A DNA stretch of 63,192 nucleotides, filler included, from Olpidium bornovanus S191 (GCA_017911155.1; 29 parts of 29 records of this genome joined end to end with filler, not necessarily neighbours in it); one strand, 5' to 3'; positions 51,101 to 62,116 are shown, numbered from the whole stretch's first letter. Numbers and translations are program-made. The notes: generated by a model not told the origin, from the letters alone.

Positions 51101-51540
51101 ATTGGAATGCATCAGATATCGTCAGGCGAGGCATGAGAGTGTACGGCGATGTCGCGCAGCCGGCGTTGCGGTTCGCCCTGCGGAAACGCGGGGCATCGGC
51201 GCTGGAGGATGACGAAGGCGCCTTCGTAGTCCGCGTCCACGGCCTTCGCCGGAAACTCCTACTCGCTATCGGCCTTTTCTGCACAACGGAGGCTCGGTAT
51301 AACGAAATCGCCACTCGTTTGCGAGCCTTTCCCTGGCTCAGGCGGTTCGTGTGTAGCTGGGACCAGATACGCCGGCTTCGTGGGGAGCAAACTACGATGA
51401 CGGAATTTCTCGCCGCGGCGCGCGCGATTGTCCCGCCCCGCCCCCCCGCTCGCACTGAACACTTTCCCCTCGCCCAAACCCCAGAAGCCATTATTGCCGC
51501 AGTCACCGAGGAGGAACTTGCCCGCGGTGCGGGTTATTGA
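48133..51540 (+). pseudogene. Spliced, disrupted UL9/origin-binding-protein-like superfamily 2 helicase (~1000 codons, 5' truncated)
   Basis: Exons 48133-48712, 48788-48933, 48975-49549, 49617-49775, 49850-50025, 50104-50434, 50512-51540 joined by GT-AG introns. Motifs in order: VRSNMETGKS (I), TVLAVTARILF (Ia), LAICSTSLSNL..WEIVAIDE (II), AKLTIVAAADLD (III), FVPCGT (IV), VLVVTPVISTGFSID..WFD (V), LQFVARVR (VI). Frameshifts near 48359-48365 and 48657; stops at 50135-50137 and 51094-51096. Confidence 0.8.
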
Positions 51541-51633
51541 CAGCAAGTTGTTGTGCAACAACGTCCATGCTACGCTACGGAACGTTAAGGCATTTTAGTT
51601 ACGCTACGGAGGTGCGCGCTGGGTGTCCGTTCG

Positions 51634-51994
51634 TCACGCGGCCGGTCCGCGTGACCTCGTCACGCGGCCGCTTTGCTCCACGACGGCGCGCAGGGTGTTT
51701 TCCGTTACCCCGATGGATTCGGCGTCGGTGCTTCTTATGCGCTTCTTGCGCTTAGGTTTCTTTGGGCTCTTCGCTCTTTTTGGGCTAGAAAGGGGCGGAA
51801 GGGGTGCCCAGTCTACCGGCGGGATCCCAACGAGGACGTCGGGCATTTCCGCGTTTTGTGGCTCCGTAGATGACATGGCGGGCATTTCCGCGTCGGGCAT
51901 TTCCGCGTCCCGGGGCTGTCCAGATTCGCAAACCGCCTCGCGGGAGTACTCTGCCGCCTCGTCCTGCTGGTCCTGACGGCAGGGCGAGTGGGGA
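51634..51994 (-). CDS. Hypothetical protein C-terminus convergent on the helicase gene
   Basis: Frame open from the contig end; three AEMP repeats and a basic NLS-like stretch PKRAKSPKKPKRKKRIR. Confidence 0.35.
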
Positions 51995-53833
51995 NNNNNN
52001 NNNNNNNNNNNNNNNNNNNNNNNNNNNNNNNNNNNNNNTTAATTAATTAANNNNNNNNNNNNNNNNNNNNNNNNNNNNNNNNNNNNNNNNNNNNCATGGC
52101 GGCCAGGGTCCTGTAGAAACATTGTCTGAGAATAACCGTATGTTAAATCTCTGCCGCCGTCCTGTATCCCGCAGTTGGCTGTTCCATCGGGCTCAGCCTA
52201 ATCACGATAGTGCTGGCGTGGGGGGTATACAAGAACTTCGGCAAGGGACTTCTGGCGCATCGTAAGCCCGGGCGGGGACGCTCCTCCGCTGATTCGCGTC
52301 GGGAAGGGTGCGGGGATAATTTTTTTCCGTTCTTTTTGTGTAACTGACCAATTTCAACTTTCTTCTTCTGATCCACCAGTGGAAGCGCGGCGGGCGAGCG
52401 TCAGCCGAAAGGTGCCCAGCGCGCCAAGCACCTTGGACGACATCCCGCTGAAGGAACCCGCGTTTCCAGAGAGCAAACGTTGGTCGATCGACTAGAGGCC
52501 CGGGCTGTCCGCGCGGGACCCCCCCCCCATTTTTCACTTCCCTCTTCGTTTTTCTTTTTTTTCTTTGTTCTTCCGGCCTTTTCGTTCCTTCCTCGTTCAT
52601 CCCCTCTCGACCCCCCTCTTTTCTCCTCTCTCCAACCCCTTTTTTTCTCCCGGCCGCAGCCGGGCGGGCCGCCATGTATACCCCACCCCGCCATCGTTTT
52701 TTTCTTTTCCCGCGGAAAAAAAAAAAAACAAAAACGGAAAATGTGCTCATCTCGGTTTAATATTAAACCGCCCTTTTATACCCCCCCCCTTTTCCGTTCT
52801 CGGCCGCGCGGTGACTTCGCTGCGAAACCAAACGATCGATTGACGCCGCGCGGCGCTCACTGGTTCGGGGTCGTCGAAGGGGGGCGGACACGGGCGAGCG
52901 CAGCTAGGGGAGCGACGCTGCCGGGAGGCCGAATGCGCGCTGGGGCGGTAATTGCGTTGGGGTTTGGGGGGGGAGGAAAGCGCGCCCGTCCGGCCATTTT
53001 AACTCCCGAGTTCTGCTGCCGGTTAAAATAAAAAGGACAAAAAAAATTTGCGCAAGGGCCCCGTTAGTTTGCGGCGGGGCCCGCCGGGCGGGATCCCGAG
53101 GTCGGTTGGAAAGCGACCGCGCGGGTTTGTCCGCGAACGGGGGACTGGCGGAGCGCGCACCGGCGCGCCGACTTTTTAGGCGCGGGGTAAACAAGCAACG
53201 ATGTTTCCAAACGTCCGCGGGCCCGGCCGCAGGGCGCGAACGTATGGGAAGTGGATCCGCACCAGCAGCAGCGGGGAGCCGGGGACGGCGGCTCACGGAG
53301 CGGGTGGCGGCGGTGCCGGGGTCCGCCGGAAACGCAAGCCGCGGGGGGGGAAGGGGGAGGGGGGGGGGGGGGCGGGAGGCCCCCCNNNNNNNNNNNNNNN
53401 NNNNNNNNNNNNNNNNNNNNNNNNNNNNNTTAATTAATTAANNNNNNNNNNNNNNNNNNNNNNNNNNNNNNNNNNNNNNNNNNNNAACTTGCATATATAT
53501 AAATTCTCCGTGACTCTCCCCGAATTGAATGCAAATCAGACAATCGCAAACTCGACAATTAAACACAACACAACAAAGAAAACAGAACCAAAACAAAAAA
53601 CCATGCCGCCTATCAACGCTATCAAGGTCAAATGGGACACCCTCACCGGCGATGTAATGCAAACCTACATGAACGGCGGAACATCTCAAAAAGGTTTGCC
53701 ATCTCTTCTGAGATTTCGAATTCAAAACATTTCCACCATTTGGCTGTCTTGTACTGGACAGCTGCTATCTGTTGGAATGGCTTCGCTCGTGTTTCGGGGC
53801 AGATCGAACCGGAAAAATCCGTCGTCGGGGCGT

Positions 53834-53891
<58 letters not shown>

Positions 53892-54204
53892 CCCCCCACC
53901 GCACGCAAGAGCTCGGAGCCCCGCGTGGTGACCGTGCGAGAAGGGACCGGACGCACCGCGTCGACGGACGCGACGTCGAAGAACGGCTTTGCCGTCGAAC
54001 TGCCATCTGCTCAACATCGACGGGCATAAATAGCGTCCCTTCCGCTCCGTAGCTCGACGTCGAACACAAAGACAACCTCCCCTCTTAACTGCACTGTCAG
54101 CCCTAGTCACCTTACCTGTAACACTCTGCTCAGACCTGACGAGGAAGAGGAATACAACGCTGTGAACCTTGCCGCAGTACAGGGGAGAGCGGGTACTTGT
54201 TCGA

Positions 54205-54759
54205 ACCCAGGTCGCCTCCTCTACCAGGGGCGCCTGTATGTGCCGGATGGCTAATTGTTTCCTTTTGAGGTGATCCAGACGGCCGCACGATCCGATCCAC
54301 GCCGGCGCAACCCGTGCCTTCGAGGCCCTCTGATGACAATACAACTGGCGGGGCTCTCGTAAGGACATCACTGAGTGGATTGGAACCTGCGACACCTGCC
54401 AACGGCACAAGCCCAGGTAACGACCAATGGGACTCCTGCGCCCGCTAACCGGCCGGAACAACGCTTCATTAACTTGGCCATGGACTTCTTCGCGCCCCTT
54501 CGGGAAACCATGGCTCCGACTCAGTGCTCCTCGTCGTTTACCGACTAAGGAAATATCTGACCCTGGTCCCGTGCTCCACGACCAATACAGCAGCGCAAAC
54601 CGCGCAGCGTATTGTGGAGCATGTGGTCTAACATTAGGGGATGCCTCATAGCATTGTCGTAGACCGGGACTCGCGTTGGACGAGCAAATTCTGGACGGCT
54701 TTGGCCACCCGCCTTGGAATCAAGGTGAACGTCGCCACCGCCAGGCATCAACAAACCGT
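54205..54759 (+). mobile_element. Decayed Ty3/gypsy integrase (HHCC zinc finger + start of catalytic core)
   Basis: GRLYVP..HAGATR..WIGTCDTCQRHK..MGLLRPL..LAMDF..VLLVVYRLRKY..GMPHSIVVDRDSRWTSKFWTAL..LGIKVNVATARHQQT with several stops and frameshifts. Confidence 0.92.
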
Positions 54760-55271
54760 TGTAGTGCAGGATTGCTAGTACGCTACTTCATCTCTCTCTC
54801 TCTACCACCAAACGCTCACGCGCGCTCAATACACTCTACACACAACGGGTTATGAGCCCAAGGCGATTCCTCTGACCGCTGTCGCCGCTCGTCGCCGTCG
54901 CAGCGCAGCGCAGCCATCCAGCCATCGCCGCGCGCAGCCGCCGCTGCCGCGCGCCCCCCTTCCGCCGCCGCAGCTGCACTCCCGGTGGCAGAGTGCGGCT
55001 CCATCCGCAGCTGCCGCCGCCATGCGCCCGCCATCGCCGCGGGCCCGTCATCCCCGCCGCCGCAGCTGCGCTCCCGCCGCGCCCCCACCGCCGCGCGTCC
55101 CCCTCCGCGAAACCGCCGAGCCGCAGCGTCACTAACCGTTACCCGAGACACATGGCTGGGGTGACAAGAAACAAGGCCCCTCTTCTCCGAGAAGTAGGCA
55201 GCCTTCACAAACAAATTGAAAAGATACGAAATGCTGCAGAGAAAACAGCCTCAGACAACAAAAGGACCAGC
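54760..55271 (+). mobile_element. 5' end of a Ty1/copia-like element: 88-bp LTR-like segment, half-tRNAiMet PBS, GC-rich leader, putative gag start
   Basis: TGTAGTG at 54760 interrupts the integrase; GGTTATGAGCCC at 54848-54859; ORF MAGVTRNKAPLLREVG... from 55152 runs to the gap. Confidence 0.72.
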
Positions 55272-57096
55272 NNNNNNNNNNNNNNNNNNNNNNNNNNNNN
55301 NNNNNNNNNNNNNNNTTAATTAATTAANNNNNNNNNNNNNNNNNNNNNNNNNNNNNNNNNNNNNNNNNNNNCATGGAGGAAGGCAATTTGGAAAGAAAAA
55401 AAAAGTGTCCCCACATTTATGGCATTTTCCACACAAGTTTCGAGCAATTGCAGTTGGCCAGCGGGCCCAATCACACACGCCACTCGGCGAGAAAATAAAA
55501 AGCGCATACCGAGATAACGGGATGGAGGGAACGCTAGGGCTCGAAAACTGCTCTCTTCCCCTCTATTCCTGCCCCAAAAATCATTCGGTGGACACCAAGC
55601 TAAGTGGCCGTAGCTGACGATCGCAGATCATCAAGTCGTCGGTTTAGCTCCATTATATTTATCCTGTATTATTTTATTCTTATTTAGGCGGGCTTTTTGG
55701 GTTTTCGGTGCGTCTTGCCAACTCACATTCGTGAAATATAACCCGGGCTTGCCAAACCCCCTTCACCTCCATTGCAAAAAAAAACTTTTCTGTTTCGTTT
55801 TTACTTGGAAGAATCGCCCTACGCGGCGGGCGTGTCGCGCGCCATTGGAAACGCTGAAGCCATAGAATGTTCTCGGTGGCATTCCTCACTCCGCGGACAT
55901 CATTGCTGAAAAGATGCAGTTTCTTCTGACGAGTGCGGAAGCATCAACGCGGGAGCTGGCCGTAAAGTTCGGGCCCAACGCCCGGCTTTCCCACAACTTA
56001 TCTCGCGCACGCCGCCGCGCTCATCCAGGTGGAAACGGAGAAACTTAACCGGCAGTCGGTCGAAGTGAACAAGCGCGAGGCAGATCCGCGGAACCCCCTT
56101 TTCCTCCCGCCTGCCGGTGCTATTTTATTTTGCGCGTCGCCGGACTTTCCTGTGATGCGTCTCATATCTCGGCGTTTTTGAATGTGCACAGATTATCCAG
56201 TATTTTCCAGCCAATTGGGGCCTGCTCAATACGCTGGGAGTGAGGAGTAGAACAAGTTGATTGGGTTTACCTTGCGGACGAACTGGGCGTGCGCTGTGCT
56301 AGAAGCGGATGTCGCGCAATTGAGCGCCCGGCGAGAGGAGTTCGGGGTGAATCAGTGGAGCAACACTGCGTGTCTTTCGTAAATCTGGTCTTTTTTGTTT
56401 GGAGCTGGTTGATTGCCGTGACCGAAAAATTGGCCGAAAGTCGCAGTTCGGTCTCCTTTTCGGCTCGCGGGCCATCCGCGACCGGCCGGAGAAACGGGAC
56501 GATGCTGCTTTACGCTAGATACTAGCAGTTGCCATCTTTAGGGCAGTCGTAGTCGCGAGACCGGATGGTTTAGCAGACAGCACCTTTGATCAAGGAACAT
56601 CGACGGTGCACGACACTTAAAGCCAACTACCCCCCCCCCCCAGAAACGGCCAAATTTCAAAAAAAAAAAAATTTAAAAAAAAAAGCTAGAAGACTCCCGT
56701 AGAACGCATCCAGTAACCATGCCTCCTCCAAAGAGGCAAGCAAGGCACCTTGAACGCGCTCGACAAGCAAAAAAACGCGAAATGGCACGCTGATTTCCAG
56801 TAGTGAGTCTCATGCAACCTGGCTACCAGTGGACGAAGAGGAAGAGGAAGAGGAAGAGGAAGAGGAAGAACATATTTTTTCAGAGGACGAAGACAACGCA
56901 GCCGAGGAGGTCAACGAAAACAGCAGTGCAACTGGGCTTGATGCTGTCATGGAGAGACTTGAGCACTTGTCAGACGTTGAAAGTTCACGGCGGCCGNNNN
57001 NNNNNNNNNNNNNNNNNNNNNNNNNNNNNNNNNNNNNNNNTTAATTAATTAANNNNNNNNNNNNNNNNNNNNNNNNNNNNNNNNNNNNNNNNNNNN

Positions 57097-58094
57097 CATG
57101 AATTCCATTGGGCGAGTCTGCTCGTACTACTTCTTTCAGAGGTACTGAGCCGTTTGGGTTTCAACGTCGAAATCTGGCGGCGTTCGCATCGATTCAGACT
57201 TTGTTTGCGTTTGCGTAGATCAATTCCCTTGGCCGTCACAAGTTTTCTGCGTAGGCTGGCAGGATCGTGCATTCTGTGCATGGCGGCGTCAATCCTTTCG
57301 GCTCTGCTTTTCGTCGTCTTGCGAGGTGCCACGACGGAAAACTGCGTGAGCGCTCTAATGGGCATTGCGTACTCAATGGCGTTCGTGCTGTATATACTTT
57401 TCTTCTCCGGTATCGTGTGCTTCCGAGATGAAGAGGAGCATATTTTCGAGTCGGCCGGGCCTCTGGCGATTCTGCAGAGCCTAGTTATCCTTGTGCTGCC
57501 CGTCCCGATCGTCTGCTTGGTGACACTGCCGCCTTTTCTAGGTGCGTCGGCTGGCTGTCCCGCGAGCGGCCGTCGGCGGCCCAACACATTTTGGCGCGGT
57601 CGCGAACTCCCTTCTAAGTCCACCCGCGACGGCGTTTTTGCTTTCCCTTTCCTTCGCCAGTGGCGACAATTTACGTTGGATCGCTCACTCTTGGATGGAT
57701 ATGGCTTGCCTGCGCCTACTACCGGGCGTCGCAGTCGTACATAGCCTGGCCCGAAGTCGTCAAGCTCCCATCCGACGCCCAAGTCCATGCCGACTACCAA
57801 AAAGTCAGGCCTCGGCCTCAGCTGAAGCCGTCCGAGCATACCCGGAAGTACGAGAAGCGCGTCAAGCTGTGGGAGCGTGCCGCGCGGCAGCACCACATGA
57901 ATAAAATGAACCAGGCGGTTACGAGCACGACTAGGGTTGCCTTCTCGGAGTTGGTCACGGAAAGGAGGGCGCAGTACCGCCGCGAACGGCTGCTTATGAA
58001 ATACTTTTTCGAGAGGAACAGCGTCACCGACCCGCCGCCGAGATTCAGCAGAGAATGGGACATGATGCTAAAACAGGCCATCGCAGAATTGTGA
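57097..58094 (+). CDS. Multi-pass membrane protein, C-terminal fragment, unknown family
   Basis: Several hydrophobic helices (57154-57540), probable intron ending CCAG at 57660, then a final helix and a cytoplasmic tail to a stop at 58094. Confidence 0.55.
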
Positions 58095-58758
58095 GTCTGG
58101 CAAAACGCGCTTCGTCGCCGGTACCGCCCGGGGCAAAAAACCAGGGGGAAAAAAAACTGATCCTGGGGTTCTGGAACNNNNNNNNNNNNNNNNNNNNNNN
58201 NNNNNNNNNNNNNNNNNNNNNTTAATTAATTAANNNNNNNNNNNNNNNNNNNNNNNNNNNNNNNNNNNNNNNNNNNNCATGAATCACCTCCCGCCTGGCG
58301 GAGAGGAACCACGAACTCTGGCTCACCAACGCGGAACGCAGTTCTGCAGGGACGGCGGTTCCGAGGGAGGCTCACCGTACTGCTGAATGCAAAAAAAAAG
58401 CAAAGGAAGTGCAAAAAGAAGAAGGGAAAAGCACATTGACAGCCAAAAAAAAAAGTTTATACCTGCAAAAAATAAACTTCAGGCTAAAGTTGGTTTATAT
58501 CGGTTTATTAACACTGGTAAAAAAAAAAAAAATAGAGGTACGCTGGCATCCGCAAAAAACAACACAAAAAAAAAAGAAAAAAAAAACAAGGTACGTTGGC
58601 GTTCGCCATAATAGAAAAAAAAGGGGTTACGCCAGCAAATCGCAACCAAAAACTTAGGGTCGCCTCTCTGAAGGGACGATGCTCGCCGAGGTGTAGTAAG
58701 GGAGGTGGCCGGAGGGGGAACAGACGTGGAAGAGGCCCGAGCTGCGCAGTCCTGCAAG

Positions 58759-58878
58759 ATCGGGCGCCGGTTCCGCGGACTTTCGAATTTTGAGACGCGT
58801 TCTGAGGGGCAGGTCTGGTATCGGGCGCTGGCTCCGTAGACTTCGAATTTCGAGCCGCGTTCTGAGGAGGCAGGTCTG
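58759..58878. repeat. ~61-bp diverged tandem duplication
   Basis: ATCGGGCGC..GAC.TTCGAATTT.GAG.CGCGTTCTGAGG..CAGGTCTGG at 58759 and 58820. Confidence 0.8.
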
Positions 58879-59127
58879 GCAGCGGGACTTCGGCGTTCTC
58901 TGGTGCGCGTATGTAACGGGCATACCTGAAGCCGCCCCCGACCGGGGTTGAGTGCCGATTGGGTCAGAACCCCGGGGGGGGGCTTGAGGTGGGGGAAGGG
59001 AGGAAGGACAGAAGAAAAAAGTGCCATTGGAACCCTGTGGGAGAAATAGCGGGCCGAGTGGACGAACGCATTGTTATATTCCGGATTTGTCCGGAAACGA
59101 TTCGCTTAAAGCGCAGGAGGCGGCGCT

Positions 59128-59215
<88 letters not shown>

Positions 59216-59514
59216 TGTTCGCGGCCCGGGCTGCGCCACCCCCCACCCCCACCCGGGTTTCGGAAAACGGTCCGCTCTCCTCCCCTCCCTGCCTCCACGG
59301 TGGTGGCCGAGAACGAAGAATAAACGAACGAGACTATAACTTTCGGGCGGAAAAGCCGCCCGCCTTCGCATCCCGAGCGAGCGCACCCCCGCAAGCGCGC
59401 CCACGGGCCGCAGCACGGCCGCAGGGGAAAAAAAAAACCCGCGCTACGTGCGGGGGCGTCGTTTCGGCGACTGCCGGTTGGCGCTTCTGACGATCGCTTT
59501 CGGAAGGGAGAAGG

Positions 59515-59558
<44 letters not shown>

Positions 59559-59670
59559 NNNNNNNNNNNNNNNNNNNNNNNNNNNNNNNNNNNNNNNNNN
59601 NNTTAATTAATTAANNNNNNNNNNNNNNNNNNNNNNNNNNNNNNNNNNNNNNNNNNNNCGTAGCCTCTCC

Positions 59671-59713
<43 letters not shown>

Positions 59714-59822
59714 GAAGGGGCGGCGAAACGCGCGGTAAATGGTTTTTTCCAGCAAAAGCCGGCGAGAGACCGAGGCGGACGAATGGGGGCGGACGGGACG
59801 GGGTCTCTCTATCTCTCTCTCT

Positions 59823-60873
59823 CTATTTATCTCTCTCTCCCTCTCTCCCTCTCACGGGCGCCGGCGGCACAGCCTCGTCGCTCTCCGCGCGTTCGATGAT
59901 GTCGACGGTGACGTGCCTGGCGTCGCCCGCTCTTGCTCCCGCTCCAGCTCCAGCTCCCGCCCCCGCGGCGGCGGCGGCGGCGGCGGCTGCGGCCTCGCCC
60001 GGCGGCGGCGGCGGCGGCGGGGGCCCCCGGCGGGCGTCGGGCACCGCGACGGCCGCGGAGACGTTCCCGGGGAAAAGGCACACGTGCACGACGGCCTTCG
60101 CAGGGCGCTGCTGCTGCTGCTGCCGCCGCCGGACCGCGCGGAAGCACGGCTCCCAGGAGCCGCCCCCGAGCGCCGGCGCCGCCTCCCCCTCCCCAGGCGC
60201 CGGCTGCCGCTGCCGCGGGCCCCCGTCCGCGCCGGACCCGAAGTTGAGGTAGATCAGGTGTGAGAGGATGTTGAACGAGAAGAACCTGGTTGCGAAGAGC
60301 GCGCGCGCGGGGGGGTGGGCGGGGGCCAAGAGAACGGAAGGGGGTCCGGGAAGCGCGGTTTGCGAACGAAAAAAAAAGCAAAGCAAACAAAACAAAGCGA
60401 TGAAACAAAAGCCAAAGAAACCAGAAAGCAAAAAAAAGTAGAAAACAAAAATAAAACAGCAAGAAATACAAACGAAACGAGCGAAAAAAAATCGAAAGAA
60501 AAAACAACAAAAACAAAAAAGCAAACACAACAAATCAAAAAAAAACAGAAAACACAAAAAACAAAGAAAGCAAACACACAAACATACACAAACAGGCCGC
60601 GATTCCGTCTCCTTCACTCCCCTCTTCTCTCTTCTGCCCACTTCCCCCATTTTCGTCTTTCATTTTTATCTTTGGTTTGTCCGTTTACCATGTTATCAGC
60701 AAAAAGCACACCACCGTCCTGTAGTCCAGCAGCAGCAGGTGGCGTATCCGGTTGCGGAACCCCAGCATCGTCTGGCTGGTGAACAGCGTGTACATGAACG
60801 CGAGCACGAACGTGATGGCCGAGGTCAAGACGGCGATCTTCAGGATCAGCAGGGCGTCGTCCGTCGCCTCTGG
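59823..60873 (-). CDS. Multi-pass membrane protein, C-terminal fragment, two exons, unknown family
   Basis: ATDDALLILKIAVLTSAITFVLAFMYTLFTSQTMLGFRNRIRHLLLLDYRTVVCFLLITW|FFSFNILSHLIYLNFG splices in frame across a GT-AG intron; A/G/P-rich tail. Confidence 0.6.
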
Positions 60874-61066
60874 GGCGCGGGGGGGAATGGTGGGGGGGAA
60901 AGGGAAGGANNNNNNNNNNNNNNNNNNNNNNNNNNNNNNNNNNNNNNNNNNNNTTAATTAATTAANNNNNNNNNNNNNNNNNNNNNNNNNNNNNNNNNNN
61001 NNNNNNNNNCATGCCGCTTCGGATACGTAATGGATATTGAGTTCCGGTAGTTCCTGCGCTTGCCAG

Positions 61067-61489
61067 ATGGCGATCTCGCTGGTGACTTCAGATCTCGGCA
61101 AAGTTTACGAGATCGCCGGAGGTACGTGATTCAATATCTGAGTGCGTCTTTGACTGGTTTTTTTTTGCACCTGTGGCCTGCTCACCTTCATCGCGTCCGC
61201 TGTTGCGTGATGCAATCCCTGCGCAGCGGTCTGTGCGTCCACTATGTCCTACATCGTCCCGGGCGCAATGTACATCGCCACGTTTTGGGATCGGTTCGCA
61301 GCCGGACGGCCGGACGCCGATCCAGCTGAGGAAGGGGCAGCCGACGCGTTGCTCGGCGGATCCCGAGTGCGACCGCCGACCGCGGCGTGGAGGGATGTTT
61401 CCGCCGTCGTGCTCGTCGTTTTCGGGGTCGTTGCCCTCGTCGCCGGCACGGGCGGCGCCGTCGCCGAGATCATTTTTAGTTTTATATAG
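61067..61489 (+). CDS. Amino-acid transporter (AAAP/SLC38, Avt2-like), C-terminal fragment
   Basis: MAISLVTSDLGKVYEIAG|AVCASTMSYIVPGAMYI and last helix SAVVLVVFGVVALVAG. Confidence 0.75.
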
Positions 61490-62116
61490 ATCCGTTTTCT
61501 TGGAGACGGCAATCACGCGGCATGCCGCGCAAGGCCTTCGATCGCTCTCCGCTAGGTTTAAAGGCGGCCTTCTGTAACATAAACGACCGCTTTCGCAACA
61601 TGCTGCCGGAGGACACGAGAAATATGGCGCTCTAGAGATGTCGTTTTTGCACGCATTCCGGGCCCTGCCTACGTTCAACAGTGGGCATATACCGCCTGTC
61701 GTAGTTTTACTCGAAGTTGTGAGGGGGGGTGTGCCTGGGATGGTCCGGGATCACGCATATGATGCAGCTAGTTGTGAGAAAACTGCGTCGACGGAACGTG
61801 TGTGCGCCAGGCGTTCCGGCGTAAACCATGAAAACGCATTTCGTGCGAGGAGCACGAAGGACCTCGCGAAGCCTTAATCGCCTCGGTTTGCGGGCCGTCC
61901 CGCGCCGCCATGTTTTTTTTTTTTTGTTTTTCCAACCGTTTTCCATAAAAAAAAAAAAAAAAAAAAAAAAACGGGGGCCCCCGGGTTTGCCGGGGGCGGA
62001 AAAAACCACAAACCCGNNNNNNNNNNNNNNNNNNNNNNNNNNNNNNNNNNNNNNNNNNNNTTAATTAATTAANNNNNNNNNNNNNNNNNNNNNNNNNNNN
62101 NNNNNNNNNNNNNNNN

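Larger units (their letters stand above)
2401..62116. other. 28 artificial contig-joining spacers (44 N + TTAATTAATTAA + 44 N), first at 2401-2500, last at 62017-62116
   Basis: Identical 100-nt spacer repeated 28 times; TTAATTAATTAA gives stops in all six frames; genes are truncated at the spacers. Confidence 0.98.

Noticed and set aside
2445-62072. TTAATTAATTAA as a biological repeat or regularly spaced motif
   Set aside because: Always centred in a 100-nt N block; a standard six-frame-stop contig linker.
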